Of a stretch of DNA of 64,000 bases, positions 1-9,340 are shown one piece after another; position 1 is the stretch's first letter, and every line of letters starts with the position of its first letter. The translations under genes and the position numbers were made by a program. The DNA is taken from positions 195,672 through 259,671 of the forward strand of contig CAZNKG010000001.1 in the NCBI GenBank assembly GCA_964573635.1, written 5' to 3'. The DNA is from an uncultured Desulfatibacillum sp. Its GTDB lineage: Bacteria > Desulfobacterota > Desulfobacteria > Desulfobacterales > SpSt-501. The notes beneath the pieces were generated by a model. That model was not told where the DNA came from and ran no database searches. It saw only the letters and a list, made by a program, of their open reading frames with translations.

Positions 1-623
1 AGTTCTTCCCCTACGACGACATGGAGGCGCTCGTGCGCTGGCAGCTCGAGGGCACGGGCTTCGCCCTCGAGGATTTCGACAAGTCCGGCTTCGTCGCCTA
101 CACCGACAAGCAGATCCTCTGGGACCGCCGGGAGGGGCTCAAGTTCAAGACCCCCTCCAAGAAGATCGAGTTCAAGTCCGCGCTGCTCGAGGGGGCCGGC
201 TTCCCCTCCTTCCCGCCCTACGAGCCGCTGCCGGCGCTCACCGGGGAGAGCTTCCGGCTGATCACCGGACGCCACGCGCTGCACACCCACGTCTCGACGC
301 AGAACAACCCCTACCTGAGCGAGCTCATGCCGGAGAACGTGCTGTGGATCAACACCAAGCGCGCGGCGGCCCTCGGCATCAAGGACGGGGGGCGGGTGAC
401 CGTCGCCTCCCCGCAGGGCTCCGGCGAGATCAAGGCCTTCGTGACCGACCTCATCCACCCGGATGCCGTCTTCATGCTCCACGGCTTCGGCCACCAGGCG
501 CGCCTGGCGTCCCGCTCCTTCAACAAGGGGGTGTCGGACGCGCTGCTCGAGGCCAACATCACCGACAAGGTCGGCGGCAGCCCGGCCCTGCACGACACCA
601 TCGTGACCGTCAAGGCGGCCTAA
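1..623 (+). CDS. Molybdopterin (bis-PGD) oxidoreductase catalytic subunit, C-terminal fragment (5' end outside window)
   Basis: Reading frame of ORF 21..623 is open to the window edge. The C-terminal sequence (ITGRHALHTHVSTQNNPYL, VFMLHGFGH, TIVTVKAA) looks like the molybdopterin dinucleotide-binding end of PsrA/PhsA/TtrA-type DMSO-reductase-family enzymes. An FeS subunit gene follows 17 nt later. Confidence 0.8.
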   Translation, partial: FFPYDDMEALVRWQLEGTGFALEDFDKSGFVAYTDKQILWDRREGLKFKTPSKKIEFKSALLEGAGFPSFPPYEPLPALTGESFRLITGRHALHTHVSTQNNPYLSELMPENVLWINTKRAAALGIKDGGRVTVASPQGSGEIKAFVTDLIHPDAVFMLHGFGHQARLASRSFNKGVSDALLEANITDKVGGSPALHDTIVTVKAA

Positions 624-639
624 TACCCGGAGGAGAAGA

Positions 640-1155
640 ATGAGCCAGTACTACCTGTTCCAGGACACCAAGAACTGCATCGGATGCCACTCCTGCGAGA
701 TCGCCTGCAAGAGCAACAAGGCGCTGCCCGTCGGGCCCAAGCCCTGCCAGGTGATCCACGTCGCCCCCAAGATGGTGAACGGCCTGCCGCGCGCCTCCTA
801 CGTCTTCATGCCCTGCTTCCACTGCGAAAACCCCTGGTGCGTCGCCGCCTGCCCCACCGGGGCCATGCGCCGCCGGCCGCAGGACGGGATCGTCTACGTG
901 GAGTCGAGCCTGTGCGTCGGCTGCAAGACCTGCATCACCGCCTGCCCCTGGGGCGCCCCCCAGTGGAACCCGGAGGCCGGCAAGGTGACCAAATGCGACT
1001 ACTGCAAGGACCGGGTCGACGCGGGGCTCAAGCCGGCCTGCGTCACGATCTGCACGACCCACTGCCTGCACTTCGGCAAGGTCGAGGCGATGACCCAGAT
1101 CCGCCGCGAGCGCCACGCGAAAGTGATCGCGAGCCTCGAGAACCAGATTGCCTGA
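640..1155 (+). CDS. 4Fe-4S ferredoxin-type electron-transfer subunit (DmsB/PsrB-like)
   Basis: 171 aa with several Cys clusters (CIGCHSCEIAC, CFHCENPWCVAACP, CVGCKTCITACP, CDYC). GGAGG-type RBS just upstream of the ATG. Confidence 0.85.
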   Translation: MSQYYLFQDTKNCIGCHSCEIACKSNKALPVGPKPCQVIHVAPKMVNGLPRASYVFMPCFHCENPWCVAACPTGAMRRRPQDGIVYVESSLCVGCKTCITACPWGAPQWNPEAGKVTKCDYCKDRVDAGLKPACVTICTTHCLHFGKVEAMTQIRRERHAKVIASLENQIA

Positions 1156-1159
1156 TGCC

Positions 1160-3316
1160 ATGAACGCGAAAGCCTGCCCCGTCGACCGGACGATCGCCGG
1201 GCTCACGGAGGAGCTTGCGGCCGGGCGGATCGCGACCCCCCGCAGCCGGCGGATCGCCGAGGAGATCCGGGAGCTCCTCCTGGACGTGGCCTGGGGCCGG
1301 GCGGGCGGCGACCACATCGGCGCGATCGCCGCGCTCGCCGACGAGCTCGCCGCCGACCCGGCGGCCCCCGGGGCGGTCGCCGCCGCGCGGGCGGTGGTCG
1401 ACGCCCTCGGCGAACACCGCGAGGTCTTCCAGAGCCACATCGACACCCACAACTGCGCGACCGGCGACTGCGTGCGGCTCGTGCCGGCCCCCTGCCAGAT
1501 GGCCTGTCCGGCCGGGATCGACGTCCCCACCTACGTGAACCTGATCGGCGCCGGGCGCGACGCCGAGGCGATCGAGGTGATCCGCCGCGACAACCCCTTC
1601 CCGTGGGTCTGCGGGCTCGTCTGCACGCGGCCCTGCGAGCTCATGTGCGTCCGCGGCCGGATCGATCAGCCGATCTCGATCAAGTTCCTCAAGGCGTTCG
1701 CCGCCGAGCGGGCGCTCTCCGACCGCCGCTACGCGAACCCGCCGCGCGAGCCCGACAAGGGGCGGCGGGTCGCGGTGATCGGCGCCGGGCCGGGCGGGAT
1801 GACCGCGGCCTATTACCTCGCCCTCAAGGGCTACGCGGTGACGGTCTTCGAGGCGCTGCCGGTCGCCGGCGGCATGATGATGCTCGGCATCCCCCGCTAC
1901 CGCCTGCCGCGCGAGGTGATCGACCGCGAGACCGCCATGCTCGAGGACCTCGGGGTCGCGTTCCGCTTCAACACGACCTACGGGCGCGACGTGACCCTCG
2001 TCGGCCTCAAGGCCGAGGGGTTCGACGCCTTCTTCTTCGCGATCGGCGCCCACCGCTCCTTCAAGATGAACATCCCCGGCGAAGAGGAGTACCCCCAGGT
2101 GACCGAGGCGATCGATCTCCTGCGCCGGGTCGCGCTCGGCGACCGCCGGATGCCCGGCAAGCGGGTCGTGGTGGTGGGGGGCGGAAACGTGGCGATCGAC
2201 GCCGCGCGCACCTGCCTGCGGCTCGGCTCCGAGGAGGTCACCATCGCCTACCGCCGCACGCGCAACGAGATGCCCGCCGACGTCGAGGAGGTCGAGCAGG
2301 CCGAGGACGAAGGGATCCACCTGGAGCTGCTCACCGTCCCCAAGACGATCCTGGGGCGGCCGGGCCGGGTCACGGGCCTCGAGTGCCTGCGCGCCGAGCT
2401 CGTCAAGAAGGAGGACGGCGGGCGGCTCTTTCCCGTGCCGATCGCGGGCAGCGAGTTCACGATCGCCGCCGACGCGGTGATCTCGGCCATCGGCCAGCGG
2501 ATCGACCTCGAGAGCCTGGGCGATCTCGCCGGCCTCAAGTGGACGCGCCGCCAGACCATCCAGGCGAACCCGGTCAGCATGGAGACCGCCCTCCCCGGGG
2601 TCTTCGCCGGCGGGGACGCCGTCACCGGGCCGGCCACCGTGGTGGAGGCGATCGGCGCCGGCAAGCGCGCCGCCGAGGCGATCGACCGCTTCCTCTCCGC
2701 GATCCCCCAGCCGAAGATGCCGCCGGTCCCGGTGCGCCGGGGCCGGGTGGAATGGATGGAGGTCCCGGCCACGACGAAGATGACGCTGCGCCGGCCGGAG
2801 ATGCCGCTGTTGAACCTCGAGCGCCGCCGCACCACCTTCCAGCAGGTCGAGCTCGGCTACCCCGAGAACGCCGTGCGGGAGGAGGCCCGGCGCTGCCTGC
2901 GCTGCGATGTCTGCCTGCGGTGCGGAAAATGCGTCGCGGTCTGCCGCGACATGATGGGGGTCGACGCGCTCGCGTTCGGCTTCCTCGACTTCGACCACCC
3001 GGGGCACACCGATTTCCGCGTCACAGCGGAGCGCTGCATTCTCTGCGGGGCCTGCGCGGCGAACTGCCCGAACCACGCGATCCGGGTGATCGACCGCGGC
3101 GGCGAGCGGCTGCTCTCCTACTGCGGGACGATCCTCAACCGCCAGAAGCTCGAACACTGCCGGGAGTGCGGCGCGGTCCTCGGGCCGGCGCGCTATCTCG
3201 ATTACCTGCAGAAGCGCACCGCGGGCGTCGGGTCCGTGGTGCTGCACGAGCGTCTCTGCCACGCCTGCGCCCGCCGCAAGACCGCGGGCGCCCACGCGGA
3301 AAACCCGCCGGCCTGA
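1160..3316 (+). CDS. GltD-like NAD(P)H/FAD oxidoreductase with additional Fe-S domains
   Basis: Two dinucleotide-binding motifs (VAVIGAGPGGMTAAYYLA; VVVVGGGNVAIDAAR), as in glutamate synthase small-subunit-like proteins. C-terminal Cys clusters (RCLRCDVCLRCGKC, RCILCGACAANCP). ATG at 1160 preferred over the TTG at 1148 used by the ORF track. Confidence 0.8.
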   Translation: MNAKACPVDRTIAGLTEELAAGRIATPRSRRIAEEIRELLLDVAWGRAGGDHIGAIAALADELAADPAAPGAVAAARAVVDALGEHREVFQSHIDTHNCATGDCVRLVPAPCQMACPAGIDVPTYVNLIGAGRDAEAIEVIRRDNPFPWVCGLVCTRPCELMCVRGRIDQPISIKFLKAFAAERALSDRRYANPPREPDKGRRVAVIGAGPGGMTAAYYLALKGYAVTVFEALPVAGGMMMLGIPRYRLPREVIDRETAMLEDLGVAFRFNTTYGRDVTLVGLKAEGFDAFFFAIGAHRSFKMNIPGEEEYPQVTEAIDLLRRVALGDRRMPGKRVVVVGGGNVAIDAARTCLRLGSEEVTIAYRRTRNEMPADVEEVEQAEDEGIHLELLTVPKTILGRPGRVTGLECLRAELVKKEDGGRLFPVPIAGSEFTIAADAVISAIGQRIDLESLGDLAGLKWTRRQTIQANPVSMETALPGVFAGGDAVTGPATVVEAIGAGKRAAEAIDRFLSAIPQPKMPPVPVRRGRVEWMEVPATTKMTLRRPEMPLLNLERRRTTFQQVELGYPENAVREEARRCLRCDVCLRCGKCVAVCRDMMGVDALAFGFLDFDHPGHTDFRVTAERCILCGACAANCPNHAIRVIDRGGERLLSYCGTILNRQKLEHCRECGAVLGPARYLDYLQKRTAGVGSVVLHERLCHACARRKTAGAHAENPPA

Positions 3317-3351
3317 CGGGCCGGCCCATCCCAGATCGCAGGAGGCGGGCC

Positions 3352-3564
3352 ATGGCGTTCCACCGCGGCCAGAAAGTGGAGATCTTCCGCAAATCCGACG
3401 ACGAAGGCTGGGGCGCCCACATGGACCAGTACGTCGGGCGCCACGGCATCATCACCGATCCGGACACGACCAAGAACGATCCGGACGCCCTGATCGAGGT
3501 GAGCATCGAGGGCAAGGGCACCCACCGCTTCCCCCAGGACTGCCTGCGGCTGCTGCCGGAATGA
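3352..3564 (+). CDS. Small conserved-looking hypothetical protein (70 aa)
   Basis: ATG at 3352 preceded by GGAGG (3341-3345). It is hidden at the tail of a long out-of-frame ORF (1603..3564). Balanced composition (MAFHRGQKVEIFRKSDDEGWGAHMDQYVGRHGIITDP...), unlike the Arg/Pro-rich artefact upstream. Confidence 0.55.
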   Translation: MAFHRGQKVEIFRKSDDEGWGAHMDQYVGRHGIITDPDTTKNDPDALIEVSIEGKGTHRFPQDCLRLLPE

Positions 3565-3568
3565 CCCC

Positions 3569-4354
3569 ATGCGCGCAAAGGACGCTGCCGCCATGATCGC
3601 CATCCGCGTGAACGACCGGGAGATCGAGGTCGCCGAGGGGGAGAACCTGCTCCAGGCGCTGCAGGCGGCCGGGGTGCGCCTGCCCGCCGTCTGCTTCCAC
3701 CCGGCGCTCAAGCGCCCGGCGGGCGTGTGCCGGATGTGCACGGTGGAGCTCGCGTTTCCCGGGAAGAGCTCCGAGGTGCGGCGGGCCTGCCTGGTCAAGA
3801 CGGCCCCGGGGCTCTCCGTGCAGACCGAAAGCGTCGCGGTCCAGTCGGCGCGCGAGAAGGCGCTGCGCGCGCTCGTGCGCCTCGCCCCCCAGTCCGAGCG
3901 GCTGATCCGGCTGGCCGAGGAGTTCGGGATCCGCGTCGATCCGGCGCCGGACGGGTGCATCCGCTGCCTCTTGTGCGAGCGGGTCTGCCGGGAGGTCGTG
4001 GGGGCGGGGGCGCTCAAGCTGACAAAACGCGGCAGCCGGCGGCTGATCGAGCCGGTCGCGGGCCGCTGCATCGGCTGCGGCACCTGCGCGAACATCTGCC
4101 CCACCCACGTGATCCACATCCAGGACGACGACTACGCCCGCACCATCTCCATCCGCGGCGAGGTGATCGGCCGCCACCCGCTCGCGACCTGCGAGGGCTG
4201 CGGCCGGCGCTTCGCCACGCCGAAGTTCCTCGAGGTCGCCCACGAGCGCGCCGTCGACCACCACCCGGACGTGAAGGAGCACCACCGCTTCTGCCCCGAG
4301 TGCGCCAAGCGCCTCTCCCCGCGCGTGACCGGGGCCCTGCCGCCGCGCTACTGA
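3569..4354 (+). CDS. 2Fe-2S plus 4Fe-4S ferredoxin-like subunit (NuoG/HydC N-terminal-like)
   Basis: N-terminal beta-grasp ferredoxin-like pattern (IRVNDREIEVAEGENLLQAL...C..x..CRMC), then CIRCLLCERVC and CIGCGTCANICP. Start may be 3569 or the ATG at 3593. Confidence 0.7.
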   Translation: MRAKDAAAMIAIRVNDREIEVAEGENLLQALQAAGVRLPAVCFHPALKRPAGVCRMCTVELAFPGKSSEVRRACLVKTAPGLSVQTESVAVQSAREKALRALVRLAPQSERLIRLAEEFGIRVDPAPDGCIRCLLCERVCREVVGAGALKLTKRGSRRLIEPVAGRCIGCGTCANICPTHVIHIQDDDYARTISIRGEVIGRHPLATCEGCGRRFATPKFLEVAHERAVDHHPDVKEHHRFCPECAKRLSPRVTGALPPRY

Positions 4355-4426
4355 GCCGCACCAGCCCCGTGCCGGCAGCGCCGAGAGCCGCCGGCGGGCT
4401 GCGCCGCGCCGCAGGCGCGCGGCCGG

Positions 4427-6013
4427 TCATCCGCGGCGCGCCGCGCCCCCCTTCGCCGCGATCCCCTCCGGCGTCGCGAGCACGTCCAGGCCCGTTCGCG
4501 CCCAGGTGGCGCGCGCCTGCTCCACGGTGTCGACGAGCGGCTCCTGGCAGTTGAAGGAGGTGTTGAGCAGCAGGCCGCAGCCGGTCTTCGCCCGCCAGGC
4601 CTCGAGCAGCTCCACGATGAAGGGGTCGTCGCCGGGGGCGACGATCTGGGGGCGGGTCGTCCCGTCGACATGGGTCACGGCCGGGACTTGCGCGGCGTTC
4701 ACCGGGACGATGTAGGACATGTACTTGCTCGGCACCCCTCCCCAGTCGCCCAGCACCATCGGCGCGAAGGGGCGGTACCACTCGCGGCGCTTCACCTCGC
4801 GGTTGAGACGGTCCTTGCCGTCGGGGATCCGCGGGTCGAGCAGGATGCTGCGGTGCCCGAGCGCCCGCGGGCCGGACTCGGCCCGGCCGTAGCAGAGCCC
4901 GACGCTGCGCCCCGCGGCGAGATGGTCGACGATCTCCGCAATCCGCTCCCGGGGGATCGGCCCGGCATCGGTCCCGAGGTAGGGGCTCCAGACCCGCGGC
5001 GCGCGCGGGTTTCCGAGGAGATGATGCCAGGCGAAAAGCGCCTGGCCCAGGCTCAGGCCCCCGTCATGGGGCTGGGCCGGGACCCAGGTGTCGGCGAACA
5101 GGCCGCTGCGGTGCACGGCCGTGTTGGCGATGCAGTTCATCGAGCAGCCCCCGGTCAGGACGAGCCGCTCGACGCCCTTCCAGGATTTCAGGCGGGCGGC
5201 CGCCTCGAGGTAGAGCTCGGTCGTCAGCTTCTGCAGCGAGGCGCAGACGTCCTGGGCGAAGCGGTCCGCGGGATCGAGCCGGAGCTCGTCCCCGCGGCCG
5301 AAGCGGTGGGTCTGGAACGGAGCGAAGGGGAAATAGAGCATCTGCTCGCGCAGGACCTCGACCATCTCCTCCCGCGGCGTCCCGTAGCTCGCGAGCCCCA
5401 TCAGCTTGCCCGCCCCCTCGAGCCGCTGCATGCCGAAGTTGTACTCGCCGATCGAGGCCCAGACCGCCCCGATGTTGAGCTGCATGCGCTTGCGCTCGTA
5501 CCCCCAGCCGTACTCGATCTCGTGGATCCGGTGGCCGCTTCCATAGGCGAGCGCGCAGGCCCGCAGGTCGCCGCTGCCGTCGGCGGTCAGCACCCCGGCC
5601 GCCTCGAAGGGCGAGGTGAAGAGGGCCCCGGCCACGTGCGCGAGGTGGTGGTCGACCGCGCACCCCTCGATCCAGCGGCCGAAGAGCCGGATCCGGTGAC
5701 GGCTCATGCGCCCCTCGGCGGGCCCGCGCCAGCCGTCCTGCTTGTAGTCGGGCCGCGCGTCGTAGCGCTCGCCCTCGAGCTCCCAGCGGAACTCCCGTCC
5801 GTCCAGGGTCGGCCGGGTGTAGGGGTTGATGGCGACGAAGTCGATCGACTCCGGCGTCCACCCGTAGGCGGCGAGGACCGCCTCGAGGTCCATCGCGCCC
5901 TGGTCGTGCTTCACCCGGGTCAGCCGTTCCTTTTCCAGGACGGCGACCGGCTCCCCGTCCTCGAGCAGGGTGAGGTTCGCGTCGTGGCCGAAGTAAAGCG
6001 ATACGATCCGCAT
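4427..6013 (-). CDS. Carbamoyltransferase (NodU/CmcH family)
   Basis: N-terminus MRIVSLYFGHDANLTLLEDGEPVAVLEKERLTRVKHD is typical of this family. The ATG at 6013 has a GGGAGA RBS, so it is preferred over the upstream ATG at 6058. Confidence 0.8.
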   Translation of the reverse strand: MRIVSLYFGHDANLTLLEDGEPVAVLEKERLTRVKHDQGAMDLEAVLAAYGWTPESIDFVAINPYTRPTLDGREFRWELEGERYDARPDYKQDGWRGPAEGRMSRHRIRLFGRWIEGCAVDHHLAHVAGALFTSPFEAAGVLTADGSGDLRACALAYGSGHRIHEIEYGWGYERKRMQLNIGAVWASIGEYNFGMQRLEGAGKLMGLASYGTPREEMVEVLREQMLYFPFAPFQTHRFGRGDELRLDPADRFAQDVCASLQKLTTELYLEAAARLKSWKGVERLVLTGGCSMNCIANTAVHRSGLFADTWVPAQPHDGGLSLGQALFAWHHLLGNPRAPRVWSPYLGTDAGPIPRERIAEIVDHLAAGRSVGLCYGRAESGPRALGHRSILLDPRIPDGKDRLNREVKRREWYRPFAPMVLGDWGGVPSKYMSYIVPVNAAQVPAVTHVDGTTRPQIVAPGDDPFIVELLEAWRAKTGCGLLLNTSFNCQEPLVDTVEQARATWARTGLDVLATPEGIAAKGGAARRG

Positions 6014-6073
6014 GCGTTCTCCCGTGTCGATCAGCGCTCCGCCGGAAATCTTATGCAACCGCCGCCGGAGCTG

Positions 6074-7345
6074 TCAATGCGCTTCGCCCCCCGGCGGCCC
6101 CGCCCGCCCGGCCGCGGGCCGCACCGACAGGACGCAGGCCGCCGAAACCAGGTAGAGCGCCCCCAGGTAGTAGAACACCGGGCGGAAATCGCCTTGAAAG
6201 GCGTCCAGGATCAGGCCCCCGACCCAGGGGCCCAGGATCCCGGAGAGAAACCCGTAGGCCGTGAAGACCGCCCCGAAAATGGCGCCGAAGGCGGCGATGC
6301 CGAAGCAGTCGACGATGAGCGGGGCCGAGACCGCGAACTGCGTGCCGAAAGCGTAGCCGACCGCGGTCGTGCAGAGGGCCCAGGCGGCGAAGCCGCCCGA
6401 GTTCGGCAGGAGGGCGTAGCCCGCCGCGGCGGCGAGGAAGGCGGCCGACATGACGGGGACGCGGCCGAGGCGGTCCGAGAGCAGGCCGCTCGCCATCCGG
6501 CCGACCCCGCTGCCGACGTTGAAGGCCGAAACCAGGAGCACGGCCTCTTCGAGCGGCAGGCCGCGCGCCGTGCCGTAGAGCGAGGCGAACACCACCAGCG
6601 TGATGCCGCCCGCGCCGGCGAAGGCCCAGGTGGCCCAGAGCAGCCAGAAGGCCTGCGTCCGGAGGCTGGCGGAGACCGTGAGGGAGGGCGGCGGCGGGGC
6701 CGCCGGGGCCTCACCGGCCGGCGCGAACGGGATCGGCGACGGCAGGCGGATGAAGCCGGCGCCGAGGCAGCCCATGACGGCCGTCGCGGCGCCGAGACTC
6801 ACCACGGCCGGCCCGTATCCCAGGCCGGCCAGCAGCCGGGCCGCGAGCGGGGCCACCGGCGCCGCCGCCATTCCGAAAACCATGTTCACGAAGCCCGAGA
6901 CCAGGCCGCGCCGTTGCGGAAACCAGATCTGGGAGACGGTGAGCACCGGGATGTAGACCAGGGAGGAGGCCGCGCCGCAGAGATAGGCCCAGGCATACAC
7001 CGACCCGATGCCGTCGCCGGCGCAGAGCAGCGCCGTGCCGAGGCCGGTCGCGAGCGCCCCGGCGGCGATCATCCGGCGCGGCCCGACCCGCCCCAGGAAC
7101 CGGCCGGCGAGGTACATGCAGGAGCCGGCCCCGCACAGGAGGAAGAACAGGCTTTGGCCGAGCGCCGCGCGGTCCGCCCCGAAGGCCGACTGCCAATGCG
7201 GCCCGAGCGCCCCGGGCAGCCCGAAAATGAGGCCGCCCGGCCAGAAGACGGCCAGCGATCCGAAAAAAAGAGCGGCGCCGCCGCCGCGAGTCCTCTTCAC
7301 CGCCGATTGCCCCCCTGGGGATGGTTGGGCTTGCCCCCCGTGCAT
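6074..7345 (-). CDS. MFS transporter (oxalate/formate antiporter-like)
   Basis: Highly hydrophobic with about 12 predicted helices by eye. The first 43 codons of the 466-aa ORF are Pro/Ala-rich and likely non-coding. Start at 7345 is tentative. Confidence 0.7.
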   Translation of the reverse strand: MHGGQAQPSPGGQSAVKRTRGGGAALFFGSLAVFWPGGLIFGLPGALGPHWQSAFGADRAALGQSLFFLLCGAGSCMYLAGRFLGRVGPRRMIAAGALATGLGTALLCAGDGIGSVYAWAYLCGAASSLVYIPVLTVSQIWFPQRRGLVSGFVNMVFGMAAAPVAPLAARLLAGLGYGPAVVSLGAATAVMGCLGAGFIRLPSPIPFAPAGEAPAAPPPPSLTVSASLRTQAFWLLWATWAFAGAGGITLVVFASLYGTARGLPLEEAVLLVSAFNVGSGVGRMASGLLSDRLGRVPVMSAAFLAAAAGYALLPNSGGFAAWALCTTAVGYAFGTQFAVSAPLIVDCFGIAAFGAIFGAVFTAYGFLSGILGPWVGGLILDAFQGDFRPVFYYLGALYLVSAACVLSVRPAAGRAGPPGGEAH

Positions 7346-7411
7346 AGCACGCCGGGGTCCGAAATAACAGCCGCCGGCGAAAAAAGCGCGGTTTATCGGC
7401 GGCCGCGGCTC

Positions 7412-7420
7412 TGGTATAGA
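7412..7420 (+). promoter_or_regulatory. Candidate extended -10 promoter element (TGgTATAGA)
   Basis: tcTGgTATAga lies about 70 nt upstream of the ABM gene. A near-identical tcTGgTATAaa occurs at 16545-16553 upstream of the GSCFA gene. Confidence 0.3.
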
Positions 7421-7487
7421 GGGCGGCGGGAGGGCGGCGGGAGGACCCGGCGCCTGCGAACGCCAATACGCCAAGGAGGGGAGAACG

Positions 7488-7796
7488 ATGATTCACGTGA
7501 TCGCGACGATCGAAGTGGCCGCGGGCCGGCGGGAGGCGTACCTTGACATCCTGCGCGAGGTCGCCCCGGCGGTGCGGGCCGAGACGGGCTGCATCGCCTA
7601 CACGCCGACGGTGGACATCCCCTCCGGGCTTCCGACCCAGTGCGACCTGCGGGCGAACGTCGTCACCCTGGTCGAAGCCTGGGAGAGCCTGGAGGACCTG
7701 CGCAACCACCTGAAGACCGCCCACATGCTCGCTTACCGCACCCGGGTCAAGAACCTCGTCCGGGGCTTGAGCGTCCAGGTCCTCGCGCCGGTGTGA
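7488..7796 (+). CDS. Antibiotic-biosynthesis-monooxygenase (ABM) domain protein, YgiN-like
   Basis: 102 aa. AAGGAGG RBS. Ferredoxin-like ABM pattern (MIHVIATIEV...LVEAWESLEDLRNHLKTAHM). Confidence 0.7.
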   Translation: MIHVIATIEVAAGRREAYLDILREVAPAVRAETGCIAYTPTVDIPSGLPTQCDLRANVVTLVEAWESLEDLRNHLKTAHMLAYRTRVKNLVRGLSVQVLAPV

Positions 7797-7901
7797 TCCG
7801 CAGCTTCCCTGCCGGGCCGGGTTGCGGCCGGCCCCAAGGTCTGGTACCATCAGCGCGGAAGATTTCTTCCACCACTCAACCCCGAAGCAGGAGGCGACGG
7901 C

Positions 7902-8444
7902 ATGGCTTTGAAGAGCAAGGAAGATCGCAGGAAGAAGGTGATCGAGGCCCTGAACACCGCGCGCGGGATGGAGCTGCAGGCCATCACGCAGTACATGAAC
8001 CAGCACTACAACCTGGACAACATGGACTACGGCGAGCTCGCCGCGAAGATGAAGCTGATCGCCATCGACGAGATGCGCCACGCCGAGAGCTTCGCCGAGC
8101 GCGTGAAGGAGCTCGGCGGGGAGCCGACCGCCGAGCCGGCGGGAAAGACCCAGAAGGGGCAGAAGGTCGAGATCATCTTCAGCTTCGACGCGAAGCTCGA
8201 GGACCACACGATCGACGTCTACAACCAGTTCGCCAACGTCTGCCGCGAAAACGGCGACAGCATCAGCGCGAAGATCTTCGAGACCATCATCGACGAAGAA
8301 CAGCTCCACTACAACTACTTCGACAACGTGGACGAGCACATCCGCACCCTCGGGGCGACCTATCTCGCCCAGATCGCGGGGACGCCCTCCTCCACGGGGC
8401 TCACCCCCAAGGGCTTCGCCGTCGGCACCGGTGACGGGGCCTGA
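7902..8444 (+). CDS. bfr: Bacterioferritin-like diiron protein
   Basis: ELQAITQYMNQHYN and AIDEMRHAESFAERVKELGG match the Bfr diiron/heme-Met motif (E. coli ...DEMKHAD...). It has a C-terminal extension of about 20 aa. Confidence 0.7.
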   Translation: MALKSKEDRRKKVIEALNTARGMELQAITQYMNQHYNLDNMDYGELAAKMKLIAIDEMRHAESFAERVKELGGEPTAEPAGKTQKGQKVEIIFSFDAKLEDHTIDVYNQFANVCRENGDSISAKIFETIIDEEQLHYNYFDNVDEHIRTLGATYLAQIAGTPSSTGLTPKGFAVGTGDGA

Positions 8445-8452
8445 ACGCGCGC

Positions 8453-9340
8453 ATGCGGATCGACGCGCGCTTCGTCGGCACGGCGCTCGAGGCCGTCACG
8501 GCGGCGGTCGACCCGCGGCGGAGCATGAACTACGCGGCCGCCGTCGGGGACGACAACCCGCGCTACTTCGACGACGAGCGCCCCGACGGAATCATCGCCC
8601 CGCCGATGCTCGCGGTCGCCCTCACCTGGCCGCTCGCCGCGGGGGTCGCTCCGTCGATCGCCAAGGCCGGGTTTCCGCTCGAGGCCTTGGCGACCCTCGT
8701 GCACCACACGGAGCACCTGCAGTTCCACCGCCCCATCCGGCCCGGCGAGACGCTCGCCATCGCGGGCGCGGTCGCGGCGATCGGCCCGCACCGGGCCGGG
8801 ACCCGCATCGTCCTGCGCTTCGAAGCGCGCGATGCGGCGGGGTCGCCCGTCTTCACCGAGCATCTGGGCGGCCTGCTGCGCGGGGTCGGCTGCGCGGGCG
8901 GGGGGGCGGGGCTTGAGCGCCTGCCCGCGGCCCCCGACCCCGCGGGGGGCGGAAGCCCCCTCTGGGAAGCCCCGATCCCGGTCGACCGCCTGCGCCCCTT
9001 CCTCTACGACGCCGGCAGCGGGATCGTCTTCCCGATCCACACCTCGCGCCGGTCGGCGCGGCAGGCGGGCCTTCCGGACATCATCCTGCAGGGGACCGCG
9101 ACGCTCGCGCTCGCCGCGCGCGAGCTGACCGACCGCGAGGCGGGCGGGGAGCCCGCCCGGCTGAAGGCGCTCGCCGCCCGCTTCGGCGCCATGGTTTTCC
9201 CGGGAAGCGCGATCCGCGTCCGGCTGAACGGCCGGCGGGACGACGAGGCGGGCGCCGACCTCTGGTTCGAGGTCGCCAACCATCAGGGAGAGCCGGCCAT
9301 CCGCCGGGGGTATGCCCGGCTGGAAAGCGAGCGCGCATGA
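8453..9340 (+). CDS. MaoC-like (double hot-dog) dehydratase family protein
   Basis: 295 aa with two hot-dog-like halves. Its stop overlaps the next gene's start (ATGA at 9337). Confidence 0.6.
   Translation: MRIDARFVGTALEAVTAAVDPRRSMNYAAAVGDDNPRYFDDERPDGIIAPPMLAVALTWPLAAGVAPSIAKAGFPLEALATLVHHTEHLQFHRPIRPGETLAIAGAVAAIGPHRAGTRIVLRFEARDAAGSPVFTEHLGGLLRGVGCAGGGAGLERLPAAPDPAGGGSPLWEAPIPVDRLRPFLYDAGSGIVFPIHTSRRSARQAGLPDIILQGTATLALAARELTDREAGGEPARLKALAARFGAMVFPGSAIRVRLNGRRDDEAGADLWFEVANHQGEPAIRRGYARLESERA

Noticed and set aside
1043-3295. 750-aa minus-strand ORF, and many similar long ORFs. Examples: 4670..7546 +, 6711..8339 -, 9283..10911 -, 13689..15392 +, 17657..19162 -, 18994..20883 -, 37013..38503 -, 45812..47437 -, 53263..54987 -, 53988..55676 -.
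   Set aside because: They are antisense or out of frame relative to genes with clear family motifs. Their translations are Arg/Pro/Gly/Ala-dominated low-complexity sequence, typical of stop-codon-poor frames in ~70% GC DNA.
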